Source of the DNA: Rudaea sp.
GTDB taxonomy: Bacteria; Pseudomonadota; Gammaproteobacteria; Xanthomonadales; Rhodanobacteraceae
Assembly (NCBI GenBank): GCA_040002515.1
Contig: JBDUEI010000023.1
Coordinates: forward strand, 8,081-72,080
DNA: 64,000 nucleotides
Direction: 5' to 3'
Shown here: positions 39,001 through 48,310 of the stretch, one piece after another
Layout of the letters: every line of letters begins with the position of its first letter
How positions within the stretch are numbered: position 1 is the first letter of the stretch
Program-made: the position numbers and the translations under genes
Notes under the pieces: generated by a model
What the model was told of the DNA's origin: nothing
The model's input: only the letters and a program-made list of their open reading frames with translations
Database searches by the model: none

Positions 39001-40754
39001 TCCATTTCTCCCAAGGCCTGCTCTCCTAAGGCATGATCTCCTGAGGCATGATCTCCTAAGGCATGATCTCCCAACGTGTGATCTTCCGGCGCCAATCGCT
39101 TGCGCATGCGCAACACGTTTCCTTTTCCGCCGGATGCCGGTTTTACTTTCCAGTCGTCCATCAGCGCATCGATGAACGGCAGGCCGAGTCCGCCAGGTCG
39201 GCATTCGGAAAGATCACGCGGTTTGAGCTTGTCCACGTCGACCGGCGGCGCGTTGTCCCGAAGCTCGAATACAAGCATATCCTTCTCGCGCGCCAGATGC
39301 AGCGAAATCGTCTCGGTCGCGCACCCGCAATACGCGTGACGCATGATGTTGGTGCAGGCTTCGTCGACGGCGAGTACGAGACGGTCGCGCATTTCGGGCG
39401 CGACGTCCTGCGCATCGAGCGCGCCGCGCAAGGCCGCGCGCACCGCACGCATCTGCGTCGGCTCGGCCGGGAAGGTCAGGTCGAGCAGTCCGATCGTCGA
39501 TTTTCCCCGCGGTTCCTGCAGCAAAAGAATCGTCGTGTCGTCGACTAGCGTTAGGCGTTTCAGATCGCCGAGCAAAGCGCGCAGGCGCGGTTCCGGCGCG
39601 AGCACGGAATAGCGTGTGATCAGATCGCGAAGTCCATGCATGCCGAGGCGGGCTTCTTCGCTTTTGTGGACGTCGGTCGCGCCATCGGAGAAAAGATAAA
39701 GCGCGCGCGTGCCGAGATTGACGTGATGTTCGCTGTACGTCGCTTCGGCGATGACGCCGAGTGGCGGCCCGCCGGCATCGAGTTCCTCGAAATCGATGCC
39801 GTCGTAAAGCAGCGCCGGCGGAAAGCCTGCGCTGGCCATCACGACATCGCCTTTCTTGCGATCGTAGAGACCGACCGCGGCGCACACGAAACGTCCGCCT
39901 TCGAGCGTGCTGCACAATTCGGCGTTGACGCTCGACAGCCATTCCGATGGCGCGGAGGCGTACTTGCCGGCGGAACGCAATAACGTCGTCACGCGCACCA
40001 TGAGGAACGCGGCGTCCAGACCTTTGCCGGAAACATCGGCGATGACGAACGCGATGCGGCCATCCGGCAGCACGAAGAAATCGTAAAAATCGCCGGATAT
40101 TTCGTTGGCGGGAAGATTGACGCCGATGATCGGAAACGAATCGCGGCGTCGCTTCGGCAACAGCGACTTCTGCACTTGCCGCGCCAGCGTCAGTTCGCGT
40201 TTGATGCGCTGCTGTTCGACCAGACCCTCGGCCAGTTGCGCGCCGTGGATCGCGAGCGCAGCGGGCGCGGCGATCAGGCGCAGGATGTCGGCATCGTCTT
40301 CGTCAAACAGACCGCCGTCACGGCGATTGATGACTTCCAGCGCGCCGATCACGCCCTGCGCCGTGCGCAACGGCGTGCACAAAATCGAACGTGTGATGAA
40401 CCCGGTTTCCGCATCGACATTACCGTGCACGCGCGCATCGTTTTGCGCATCGCGTACGATCTGCGTCGCGTTTTCAGAAACGGTGCGGCCGACCACACCT
40501 TGTCCAACTGAGAGTTTGAGACCGGTGATGTCGACAGGGCCGGCGCAGTTGCGGCAGATCAGGAGACCCGTCGTCGCATCGATCAGAAACAGCGACACCG
40601 CTTCGGCCTGCATGAAACGCGCGATGCGCGTAACGGCCAATCGCAACGTCCGATCCAGATCCAGCGATTGCGTCAGTGCCTGACTGAGTTCAGCAAGAAA
40701 CGCCAGCGCGCGCCGCTCGTGAGTTCCGGGCGGAAGCGGCCGCGCGGCGTTCAC
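38997..40754 (-). CDS. GAF + SpoIIE/PP2C phosphatase + RsbW-like Ser kinase fusion
   Basis: GAF (VGQGVVG..TGFITRSILCTPL..IGALEVIN); PP2C (GDFYDF, IADVSGKG, FSDG, DDTT); HATPase (AVDEACTNIMRHAY, GGLGL); GTG start overlaps the pssA stop. Confidence 0.9.
   Translation of the reverse strand: MNAARPLPPGTHERRALAFLAELSQALTQSLDLDRTLRLAVTRIARFMQAEAVSLFLIDATTGLLICRNCAGPVDITGLKLSVGQGVVGRTVSENATQIVRDAQNDARVHGNVDAETGFITRSILCTPLRTAQGVIGALEVINRRDGGLFDEDDADILRLIAAPAALAIHGAQLAEGLVEQQRIKRELTLARQVQKSLLPKRRRDSFPIIGVNLPANEISGDFYDFFVLPDGRIAFVIADVSGKGLDAAFLMVRVTTLLRSAGKYASAPSEWLSSVNAELCSTLEGGRFVCAAVGLYDRKKGDVVMASAGFPPALLYDGIDFEELDAGGPPLGVIAEATYSEHHVNLGTRALYLFSDGATDVHKSEEARLGMHGLRDLITRYSVLAPEPRLRALLGDLKRLTLVDDTTILLLQEPRGKSTIGLLDLTFPAEPTQMRAVRAALRGALDAQDVAPEMRDRLVLAVDEACTNIMRHAYCGCATETISLHLAREKDMLVFELRDNAPPVDVDKLKPRDLSECRPGGLGLPFIDALMDDWKVKPASGGKGNVLRMRKRLAPEDHTLGDHALGDHASGDHALGEQALGEME
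39008..39082. repeat. 15-bp tandem repeat, 5 imperfect copies, encoding (D/E)(H/Q)xxG pentapeptides
   Basis: ctcccaaggcctgct / ctcctaaggcatgat / ctcctgaggcatgat / ctcctaaggcatgat / ctcccaacgtgtgat. Confidence 0.9.
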
Positions 40755-41524
40755 GGCACCTTCGGCTCGCGCCGCCGCCGCGTGCGCCGCTGCCAGAATG
40801 TCAGGATCGGACCGGACAACGCATACGCCGCCGCGATCCCGAACAACACGCACGGCGGATTGATCATCAGCGCCACGATGATGAGCAGCGCAATCGGAAT
40901 CCAGAAGAACGGCACCTTGTCCGAGCGCGGCCACGCTTTGAAACTGTAGTAGCGGAAACGGCTGACCATCAGCAAGCCGGTGATCGCTGCGACGAAGGGC
41001 GTGATGAATTGCACGTCGGTGCCGGTGTGCCCCAGATAGATCGTCATCCAAACGTACGACATGGCGAGACCTGCTCCAGCCGGAATCGCCAAACCCTGGA
41101 AATACATTTTGTCTGCGACTCCGACCTGCGTATTGAAGCGCGCCAGTCGCAATGCCCCGCACGCGGCGAAGATGAACGCCGCAGCCCAGCCGACCTTACC
41201 CCACGCCGGCCCGTATTCGGCGAGCGAGGACAGCGACCACGTATACAGAACCAGCGACGGCGCGACGCCGAAACTGACCAGGTCCGACAGCGAATCGTAT
41301 TGCACGCCGAACTCGCTTTGCGTGTTGGTCAGCCTCGCGACGCGACCATCGAGCCCATCGAAAAGACCGGCGATGAAAATCGCGATGACCGCCGTGATGT
41401 AGTGTCCGCCGATCGACGAGATGATCGCGTAGAACCCGGAAAACATCGCACCCGTCGTCAACAGGTTGGGCAACAGGTAGATGCCGCGGCGCGGTTTGGC
41501 CGGTGTGACGGGGTTCGTATCCAT
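40751..41524 (-). CDS. pssA: CDP-diacylglycerol--serine O-phosphatidyltransferase
   Basis: GIYLLPNLLT; CDP-alcohol phosphotransferase motif DGLDGRVARLTNTQSEFGVQYDSLSD; LRLARFN. Confidence 0.94.
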   Translation of the reverse strand: MDTNPVTPAKPRRGIYLLPNLLTTGAMFSGFYAIISSIGGHYITAVIAIFIAGLFDGLDGRVARLTNTQSEFGVQYDSLSDLVSFGVAPSLVLYTWSLSSLAEYGPAWGKVGWAAAFIFAACGALRLARFNTQVGVADKMYFQGLAIPAGAGLAMSYVWMTIYLGHTGTDVQFITPFVAAITGLLMVSRFRYYSFKAWPRSDKVPFFWIPIALLIIVALMINPPCVLFGIAAAYALSGPILTFWQRRTRRRREPKVP

Positions 41525-41610
41525 CAGGACCCGAGTTAAAGCAGAATGTCGTCAGTGTACCCCAAGCTACGTATTTGCAACGCTTCGGAACGGCGAAAAA
41601 GCTTGTGGTT

Positions 41611-41626
41611 TGGCGCGACAAGTGCT
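41611..41626 (+). promoter_or_regulatory. Putative sigma54 (-24/-12) promoter
   Basis: TGGCGCGACAAGTGCT has exact GG-N10-GC spacing, about 63 nt upstream of the DUF4124 ATG. Confidence 0.5.
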
Positions 41627-41689
41627 ATCCAAGGCACTTGCCGACAGGGGGCAAACTAGGCGCCTGCAACGCGGCGCGGGAGACCTGCG

Positions 41690-42130
41690 ATGTTACGTAC
41701 AATGCTCATTCTGGCCATGTGTTCGGCCGCCGCGACCTCGTTCGCGGCGTCGGGTCAGGTCTATAAATGGACCGATGCCCAGGGCGTCGTACATTATTCC
41801 GACGCGCCGCCGCCGATGACCCAACAAAACGTGCAGACGGTTCGCGTGAGTGGAGGCGATCGTCCGCGCGCCGTCGACACAGATTCAACGCCATCGCCCG
41901 AAAATAAGCCCATAGACAGTTCGACGGCCGAAACTCCGTCGACTCAAGTTGCAAATACCAACGACCATTCGAAAGATTGCGCTAATGCGCGAAGTAATCT
42001 TGAATTGCTTCAAAGCAAGTTTCCGGTCAGCGTTGCAGGGACTGACGGAAAGCCAATGCCGCTCGACGACAAGGCACGTCAAGCGCAAGTCGCAGATATG
42101 AATGCGCGAATTGCTCTTTATTGCAAATAG
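41690..42130 (+). CDS. DUF4124 domain secreted protein
   Basis: Signal peptide; VYKWTDAQGVVHYSDAPP; two C-terminal-region Cys. Confidence 0.88.
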   Translation: MLRTMLILAMCSAAATSFAASGQVYKWTDAQGVVHYSDAPPPMTQQNVQTVRVSGGDRPRAVDTDSTPSPENKPIDSSTAETPSTQVANTNDHSKDCANARSNLELLQSKFPVSVAGTDGKPMPLDDKARQAQVADMNARIALYCK

Positions 42131-42434
42131 CCGCGCAGGCGACCCTGCTGTTCAGCAGGGTCGCATCAATAGCATCCTCTTGCTATCCACACTCACTCTC
42201 GCTGTTGCCGGCGCGTGGTGGTACTTCGCGCCGGACACGCTGCCCGATGCAGTCAGGCATCACTTGCCGGCTTCGGCTAAATCCAATCCCACTTTGTACC
42301 GATGGAAGGATGCCAAAGGCGGAGTCCATGTGACCGATGTTCCGCCAGCGGACCGTCCTTACGAAACTTTGCACTACGATCCCAAGACCAATGTCGTGCC
42401 GACCGTAGTGCCTCCGAAAGGGACGATCCGATGA
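42102..42434 (+). CDS. DUF4124 domain membrane-anchored protein (start uncertain)
   Basis: TM segment ending AGAWWYF; LYRWKDAKGGVHVTDVPP. Confidence 0.75.
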   Translation: MRELLFIANSRAGDPAVQQGRINSILLLSTLTLAVAGAWWYFAPDTLPDAVRHHLPASAKSNPTLYRWKDAKGGVHVTDVPPADRPYETLHYDPKTNVVPTVVPPKGTIR

Positions 42435-42446
42435 CGCTCGCGCGCG

Positions 42447-43922
42447 CTACGGGCAGGCTTTCGTCGCGTCCGTAGCGAGCACGCACTTTGCTGTCGACTT
42501 GTGTGGATAGACGCCGCTGTAATTTGCCAGCACGCCGGCCGTCACGTTCGCGTTGACGAAATTTTCGGCGACGAATCCGACTTCCGGTAGTCCGAGCAAG
42601 ACGAAGCCTTCGGCCGATGTCGTCAAACGATGGTTGTCGATGGGGTGAAAATGACCATCGTTGGTTAGATCTATGATGAAGTGGCCGCTCGAAAACACGC
42701 TACTGACATCGAATGGCTCGGTCAGGCTGGTTTTCAACGCGCTGGATCCGGCGGGCGTCAGCGCGATCACGCTGGTTTCGTGGCAAAACTGCGGGGCGAT
42801 GGTCCCCGGCGGCTGCTCGGGAAATCCGGCAGGCGCCATGGTCAATTCCTCTCGATCGAATTGTTGGGAGTTAAACGGCGCGCACGCGCCGTCTGCGCCG
42901 AAGGCGCCATCGAACGGTTGCAGCGAGGTCAACCCGTGATTCAACGCGGGATCGACATAAAACCGCTTGGTGGGGAACGTGGAAACCCAATCGGTTTGCG
43001 CACCAGCCGATGCACTGACGACGTACTCGTTGAACAGTTTTTCCGACATGAACAGCGCACTCACTGCATCGACCGCTTTGGAAAAACGCGCCTCGACGAT
43101 GTGACCGCCGACATCGACCGACGCGGCATACTTGCCATCGACCTGCGTGCTCGCCGTGTCGAAATCGGGCGCGGCATCCTGCGGAGGCGTGTGCTGAATC
43201 CCGGAACTGAAACCGTCGATCGTCGTCGGCGCGACGGTGAAGAAGGTGCCCTGTGCCGCGTTGACGATGGCCGTCGAACCGTAAAGGCCGCCCGTCGGTG
43301 CGGACAGATCGGCCGACGAATTGGCCGCCCACAGGCCGCCCATATTCCATGCCGCGACGACTTTGCCGCAGTCGGCCGGCACGCCGTTCGAACCGTGTTC
43401 GACGGCCGTGATCAGGCCGTGTGCGTCATTCGTCACTTCGCCCATCTCGAATACCTCGAAATGTCCCTCGCGCATGCGTCCGGCCGTGGCAGGTCCGCCA
43501 TCGGCCTGTGCGCCGGTGTATGCGGCGGAAGAGAAGGCGACATTGGCGATGTTGACGCCGCCCAACGAGGTGCTGAATGCCGGCACCGTGCACGAATTGT
43601 CGCGGGTCGCCAGGGCCGTCGCATCGCCGTTGGCGACAATGTCGGCGGTCCACACGTCGAACGGCGACAGGTATACGTTGAACGAAGCCACGGTACGACC
43701 GTTGTAGGCCTCGTGAAAACGCAACTTGAGAGCTTTGACGTGCTCGGTAGTGTTGACCAGCGTGATCAGCGTGCCTTGATTGGCGTTCGCGGTGTAATAG
43801 GGAAACTCCAAGACCTGGCCGACGCGCCGCGCGCTCAGCGTCATTGCGCCGGCGCTGGACGATGCGGCAAGTGCGACGAGGCACGCAGCGGAAACGGTCA
43901 TCGACATCAGTTTTGTTTTCAC
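42447..43922 (-). CDS. Second S-layer-like cell-surface protein paralog (491 aa)
   Basis: Signal peptide; [44 protein letters not shown] and NYSGV are all shared with 4434-5924. Confidence 0.75.
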   Translation of the reverse strand: MKTKLMSMTVSAACLVALAASSSAGAMTLSARRVGQVLEFPYYTANANQGTLITLVNTTEHVKALKLRFHEAYNGRTVASFNVYLSPFDVWTADIVANGDATALATRDNSCTVPAFSTSLGGVNIANVAFSSAAYTGAQADGGPATAGRMREGHFEVFEMGEVTNDAHGLITAVEHGSNGVPADCGKVVAAWNMGGLWAANSSADLSAPTGGLYGSTAIVNAAQGTFFTVAPTTIDGFSSGIQHTPPQDAAPDFDTASTQVDGKYAASVDVGGHIVEARFSKAVDAVSALFMSEKLFNEYVVSASAGAQTDWVSTFPTKRFYVDPALNHGLTSLQPFDGAFGADGACAPFNSQQFDREELTMAPAGFPEQPPGTIAPQFCHETSVIALTPAGSSALKTSLTEPFDVSSVFSSGHFIIDLTNDGHFHPIDNHRLTTSAEGFVLLGLPEVGFVAENFVNANVTAGVLANYSGVYPHKSTAKCVLATDATKACP

Positions 43923-44212
43923 AATGCAAGCCTTTGATTTATGTGGGTCGGGAATTGTGTTCCGACGCGATCACCGTTTGTCGGACAATTTGCGGACAAG
44001 CGTCGGTCGCCGCGAATCGCACGCATCGCGAGCGATCGCGTGAAACGACGACCTGTCGCCCGCGTACGTCAGGAATTGGGCGGTTTCATGTCGTCCTTCC
44101 AACAAACGAATTTTCGCCGCGAATTGCGACATCCGCAGCGACGCGTCGCGCGCAGTTGGTGCACGATGCGCCAGCCGCTACACTTTGCGGCCGTCCGAAA
44201 AGAATCCCGTCG

Positions 44213-45907
44213 ATGCGTCTGTCCCGATTCCATCTCATCACGCTCAAGGAAGTTCCGGCCGAAGCCGAAATCGTCAGCCACAAACTGATGATCCGGTCCG
44301 GAATGATCCGCAAACTCGCCGCCGGCATCTACACCTGGTTGCCGCTGGGGCTGCGCGTGCTGCGGAAAGTCGAAGCCATCGTGCGCGCCGAAATGAACCG
44401 CGCCGGCGCGCTCGAAGCGCTGGCGTCCATGGTTTTGCCAGCGGAGCTTTGGCAGGAGTCGGGGCGTTACAACAAATACGGCCCGGAGCTGTTGCGGCTG
44501 AAAGATCGCCATCATCGCGATTTCGTGCTCGGTCCGACCCACGAGGAAGTGTTCACGGATCTGATCCGGCGCGACATCAAGAGTTATCGCCAGCTGCCGA
44601 TCAATCTGTATCAGATCCAGATGAAATTCCGCGACGAGATCCGTCCGCGTTTCGGCGTGATGCGCGGGCGCGAATTCCTGATGAAAGATGCCTACAGCTT
44701 CCACATCGACGACGCCGATCTGGAGCGCGAATACCAGAATATGCGCGAGACGTACAAGCGTGTATTCACACGCATGGGTGTCGATTTCCGCATCGTGCGC
44801 GCCGACACCGGCGCCATCGGCGGTGATCGCAGCGAGGAATTCCAGGTGCTCGCCAACACGGGCGAGGATCAGCTCGCCGTTTCCGATACGTCGGACTATG
44901 CGGCGAACATCGAAGTGGCCGAGACGCGTCCGCAAGGCACGCGGGCTGCACCTGCGAAGACGTTGCAGAAAGTGGCCACGCCGACGCAGAAGACCTGCGA
45001 GGACGTCGCCGCTCTGCTCGGTGTGCCGCTTGAGACGACGCTAAAACTGATCGTGGTGAAATCGAAGGACGGCGGGCTCGTCACGCTCGCGCTGCGCGGC
45101 GATCATGTGCTCAACGCGGTGAAAGCGGCGAAACATGCCGACGTCGCATCGCCCCTTACGCTCGCGAGCGAAGATGAAATCCGCGCCGCGTTCGGATGTG
45201 AACCGGGTTTTCTCGGGCCGATCGGCGACAAGGTTCGCGTCATTGCGGATTTCGCCGCGCTGCATCTGGCCGATTTCGTGTGCGGCGCGAACGAAACGGG
45301 ATTCCACGTCACCGGCGCGAACTGGGTGCGCGACGCGGCAGAACCGGCGGCGGCGGATTTGCGCAACGCGGTCGAGGGCGATCCGAGTCCGGATGGTCAC
45401 GGGCATTTGCGGCTGGTGCGCGGCATCGAGGTCGGACAGATTTTCCAGAACGGTCCGCTGTATACGAAAGCGCTCGGCGTCACCGTGCTCGATGAGGCCG
45501 GCAAAGAACTCGTGCCGACCGCCGGCTGCTACGGCATCGGCGTCAGCCGCACGGTCGGTGCGGTGATAGAACAATGCCATGACGACGCGGGCATCATCTG
45601 GCCGGATTCGATCGCACCGTGGCGTGTCGCCATCTGCATGATCAATCCGAAGAATGACGCGAACGTGATCGCGATCGCGGAGGACCTCTACGCCGAGTTC
45701 GACCGTCGTGGCATCGACGTCTGTCTCGACGATCGCGGTTTGCGTCCCGGTGCAATGTTCGCGGATATCGAACTGATCGGCATTCCGCATCGCATCGTGG
45801 TTTCCGAGCGCGGCGTGGCAGCGGGCATGTTCGAGTATCGCGGCAGGCGCGATGCGGAAAGTCGCAATCTGAGCCGCGACGATCTGTTCGCGATGTTCTC
45901 GAACTGA
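44213..45907 (+). CDS. proS: Proline--tRNA ligase
   Basis: MRLSRF; LGPTHEE; [25 protein letters not shown]; editing insertion; GCYGIGVSR. Confidence 0.97.
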   Translation: MRLSRFHLITLKEVPAEAEIVSHKLMIRSGMIRKLAAGIYTWLPLGLRVLRKVEAIVRAEMNRAGALEALASMVLPAELWQESGRYNKYGPELLRLKDRHHRDFVLGPTHEEVFTDLIRRDIKSYRQLPINLYQIQMKFRDEIRPRFGVMRGREFLMKDAYSFHIDDADLEREYQNMRETYKRVFTRMGVDFRIVRADTGAIGGDRSEEFQVLANTGEDQLAVSDTSDYAANIEVAETRPQGTRAAPAKTLQKVATPTQKTCEDVAALLGVPLETTLKLIVVKSKDGGLVTLALRGDHVLNAVKAAKHADVASPLTLASEDEIRAAFGCEPGFLGPIGDKVRVIADFAALHLADFVCGANETGFHVTGANWVRDAAEPAAADLRNAVEGDPSPDGHGHLRLVRGIEVGQIFQNGPLYTKALGVTVLDEAGKELVPTAGCYGIGVSRTVGAVIEQCHDDAGIIWPDSIAPWRVAICMINPKNDANVIAIAEDLYAEFDRRGIDVCLDDRGLRPGAMFADIELIGIPHRIVVSERGVAAGMFEYRGRRDAESRNLSRDDLFAMFSN

Positions 45908-45917
45908 AGCGAAGGCT

Positions 45918-46817
45918 TCAGCGATCTTTCTTGACCAGACCTTTCAGCCGGCCGAGCCAGGAACTATCGGCCGGTTTTTCCGCCTCTGAATTTTCCACGG
46001 CGGGCTTCTTGGCGAACTTGCCCGCGATGCTCTGATCGCGTTTGAGCTTGTCCAGATCGGTCTGTTGCTGGCCGCTGATCTTGGTTTCCCAGCGACGCTT
46101 GATCTGCTCCTGCTGCACTTTCGAGCGCAACTGGTTGCGATACGAATCGGGCAGGCTTTCGCGGAACAGTGCACTGGGCTCGTGCGTGAGATGACGGCCG
46201 ATGTCGTCGAACAGCGCGTCGTTGAGCTGACTGGCCGGCACGTTTTTCGTGGCCATGCCCAACGAGTCGAAATTGGTCAGCGTGATCTTCACGACGGCGC
46301 TGTCGGCATCCGCGTTGAACGTCGCCGTTTGCGTGATGCGCCCTTTCGCCTTGAACTTGGCCGAAACGGTTTCGCCGCTCGCGTCCTTCTTCGGATCGAG
46401 CAGGCCGCCCAGGTGAAAGCGCTGGAATGCGGCGGCCACGGTGCGCACTTTGCTCGCGCCCTGCACTTCGACGGTCGGGCATTCTTCGTTGGAGATCAGG
46501 CACGGATAGCTGAGCGTGATTTCTTTCGAGCCCGGCTGCTGATTCACCTTCAGATCGTATTCGTGTTCGGCATAGCCGATGATTTCGCCGTAACCGTTGA
46601 GCGTGTAGCGAATCTGTTTTTTCGGCTGCAGGATTTTCAGGCTGGCAACGAGCTTGGTCAGATAGCCGAACAGCGCCGTCATGCCCGGCTCGAGCTGGGT
46701 ACGGAAAATTTCTTCGCGCTCGGCCTTTTGCTTGCCGGCCTCGTCAGCCGTCGCCTGCAGCTTTTGCGCTTCCTGTTCGAGCTCGTCCAACAATCCCACA
46801 GTATTGTCCTCTGCCAT
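45918..46817 (-). CDS. Hypothetical cytoplasmic protein (GTG at 46799 is a plausible start)
   Basis: 299-aa ORF with host-like codon usage and N- and C-terminal helical/coiled regions; no family recognised. Confidence 0.75.
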   Translation of the reverse strand: MAEDNTVGLLDELEQEAQKLQATADEAGKQKAEREEIFRTQLEPGMTALFGYLTKLVASLKILQPKKQIRYTLNGYGEIIGYAEHEYDLKVNQQPGSKEITLSYPCLISNEECPTVEVQGASKVRTVAAAFQRFHLGGLLDPKKDASGETVSAKFKAKGRITQTATFNADADSAVVKITLTNFDSLGMATKNVPASQLNDALFDDIGRHLTHEPSALFRESLPDSYRNQLRSKVQQEQIKRRWETKISGQQQTDLDKLKRDQSIAGKFAKKPAVENSEAEKPADSSWLGRLKGLVKKDR

Positions 46818-46995
46818 CCGTTACCCGCGACAGCAAGCAGGCTCGATCTGCATCGAGCGGCTTTGCATTCCCCCATTCGGCACCCGAAGGCGCCGTCGGT
46901 TAACTTAGTGCGATAGCCGTCTGCATGCAAGGGGCAAGCCGATATTCCGTGACCGATTCGAAAAATTTTCGGTACACGAGCGGCACCCTCATCGC

Positions 46996-48228
46996 TCAGA
47001 GACTACGGCGCGGCGCAATGAGCAAATCGCCAAACAGCAGTCCGGCCACCAGCGACACCAATAGCGCGATCAGCGTGATCGCCATGTCCATGCCGAGCGA
47101 CAAATCGCGCTCGAACATGAAAGACAGCGTGCGAAAGCCGACGCTTCCCGGCACGACGAGGATGATGCCCGGCTCGCGGATCACCGCGCCGGGTCGCTTG
47201 ACGACCCGCGCGAACAGATTGCCGAGCGCGCCGATGGCGAAGCCTGCCACGAGTACACCGAACTCCGGCGTGAATGCCGAACTTCCGTAATACGTAATGA
47301 CGTAGCCGAGTGCGGCCGCGATCATCACGAAGAGGTAGTCGCGCCACGCGGCCTGGAACAGCACGGCAAACGAATAGCAGCCGAAAACGAGTGCTGCCCA
47401 CTGCGCCCAATCCGGGATCGGTGCGGCGATCGGCGTCACCGGAATGATGTGCATCGCATGACAGAGTTGTGTCGCGGCCAGCGCGCCGAACGCGAGTTTG
47501 AATAAGGTCATCACCGCGCCGGCCAGGCGCGCGACGCCGGAGATCAGGTGTTGCGTCGACAACTCGCGCACGGCCGTGGTCAGGCTGATGCCGGGCATCA
47601 ACACAATGAGGCTCGCCAGCACGACGGGTTTGACGTCGATCGGAATCAGCCAAGCACTGAGCGCGGTCGCAGCGAACGTGGCGAGCAGCGCGGAAATCGC
47701 CTCGAAGCTCGCGCTCAATCGCGGATTGCCTTCCGACACCATCGCCAGCGCACCGATGAAGAGGCCGATCGCGCCTGCGGCGGCCATATCGACCCACGCC
47801 GCGTGCAGGATCGCGGCGATCGCCGCCGATGCGATGCCGTAGCTGATCGTCGTGCGGATTTGATTGCGCAGCGTCCGCGACGTGCGCAACGCGTGCAGGC
47901 GCGCGAAACCTTCGGCGATATCGAGCGTGCCGTCGATCACCTGATCGGCGATCGCGTCGACATCGCACAACAGGCGCAGATTCACTTCGCCCGGCGGAAT
48001 GCGAATGACCTGCGTGATCTCGGCCAGCGCGCCTTCGCCGCGGCTGCGATCGGAGAACGACAGAATGATCGATGTCGGCGTCGACAAACTGTTGCACTCC
48101 AGATCGAGCCGCGCGCTGACGCTGTCGATCGCCGCTTCCAGACGCGCCGCCGTCGCTCCGTATTGATGCAGGCGACGCGCAAGCTCGACCACGAACTGGA
48201 TGCGAACGCTAGTGCTTGTCGAATTCAT
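46996..48228 (-). CDS. ThrE-family threonine/serine exporter
   Basis: LHQYGATAARLE; LIVLMPGISLTTAVREL..HLISG; PGIILVVPG; likely start MNSTST. Confidence 0.88.
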   Translation of the reverse strand: MNSTSTSVRIQFVVELARRLHQYGATAARLEAAIDSVSARLDLECNSLSTPTSIILSFSDRSRGEGALAEITQVIRIPPGEVNLRLLCDVDAIADQVIDGTLDIAEGFARLHALRTSRTLRNQIRTTISYGIASAAIAAILHAAWVDMAAAGAIGLFIGALAMVSEGNPRLSASFEAISALLATFAATALSAWLIPIDVKPVVLASLIVLMPGISLTTAVRELSTQHLISGVARLAGAVMTLFKLAFGALAATQLCHAMHIIPVTPIAAPIPDWAQWAALVFGCYSFAVLFQAAWRDYLFVMIAAALGYVITYYGSSAFTPEFGVLVAGFAIGALGNLFARVVKRPGAVIREPGIILVVPGSVGFRTLSFMFERDLSLGMDMAITLIALLVSLVAGLLFGDLLIAPRRSL

Positions 48229-48310
48229 GTCGCGATTCTGGCACGTCGCGGCGGCGCGAATAAGCCGTCGCATGAGCGATAATGCCGCGATTTTTTCGCG
48301 CGGCGATCGA

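Noticed and set aside
39008-39082. Repeat as a possible CRISPR array
   Set aside because: Units are 15 bp, contiguous, spacer-less and in frame within a CDS; no cas genes.
38997-41162. N-terminal extensions in the ORF track (721-aa phosphatase, 687-aa ProS, 466-aa LptG, 429-aa EtfA, 748-aa ligase, 273-aa RimI)
   Set aside because: The extensions overlap upstream genes or lack family motifs; downstream starts with stop/start coupling fit family lengths.
41640-41689. GGCAAAC motif suggesting a c-di-GMP-I riboswitch
   Set aside because: The downstream GNRA hairpin and GACGCAAAGC-type elements are missing.
43923-44212. 290-nt spacer before proS as a possible T-box or sRNA
   Set aside because: No T-box consensus or terminator was recognised; the short CG palindromes are expected at this composition.
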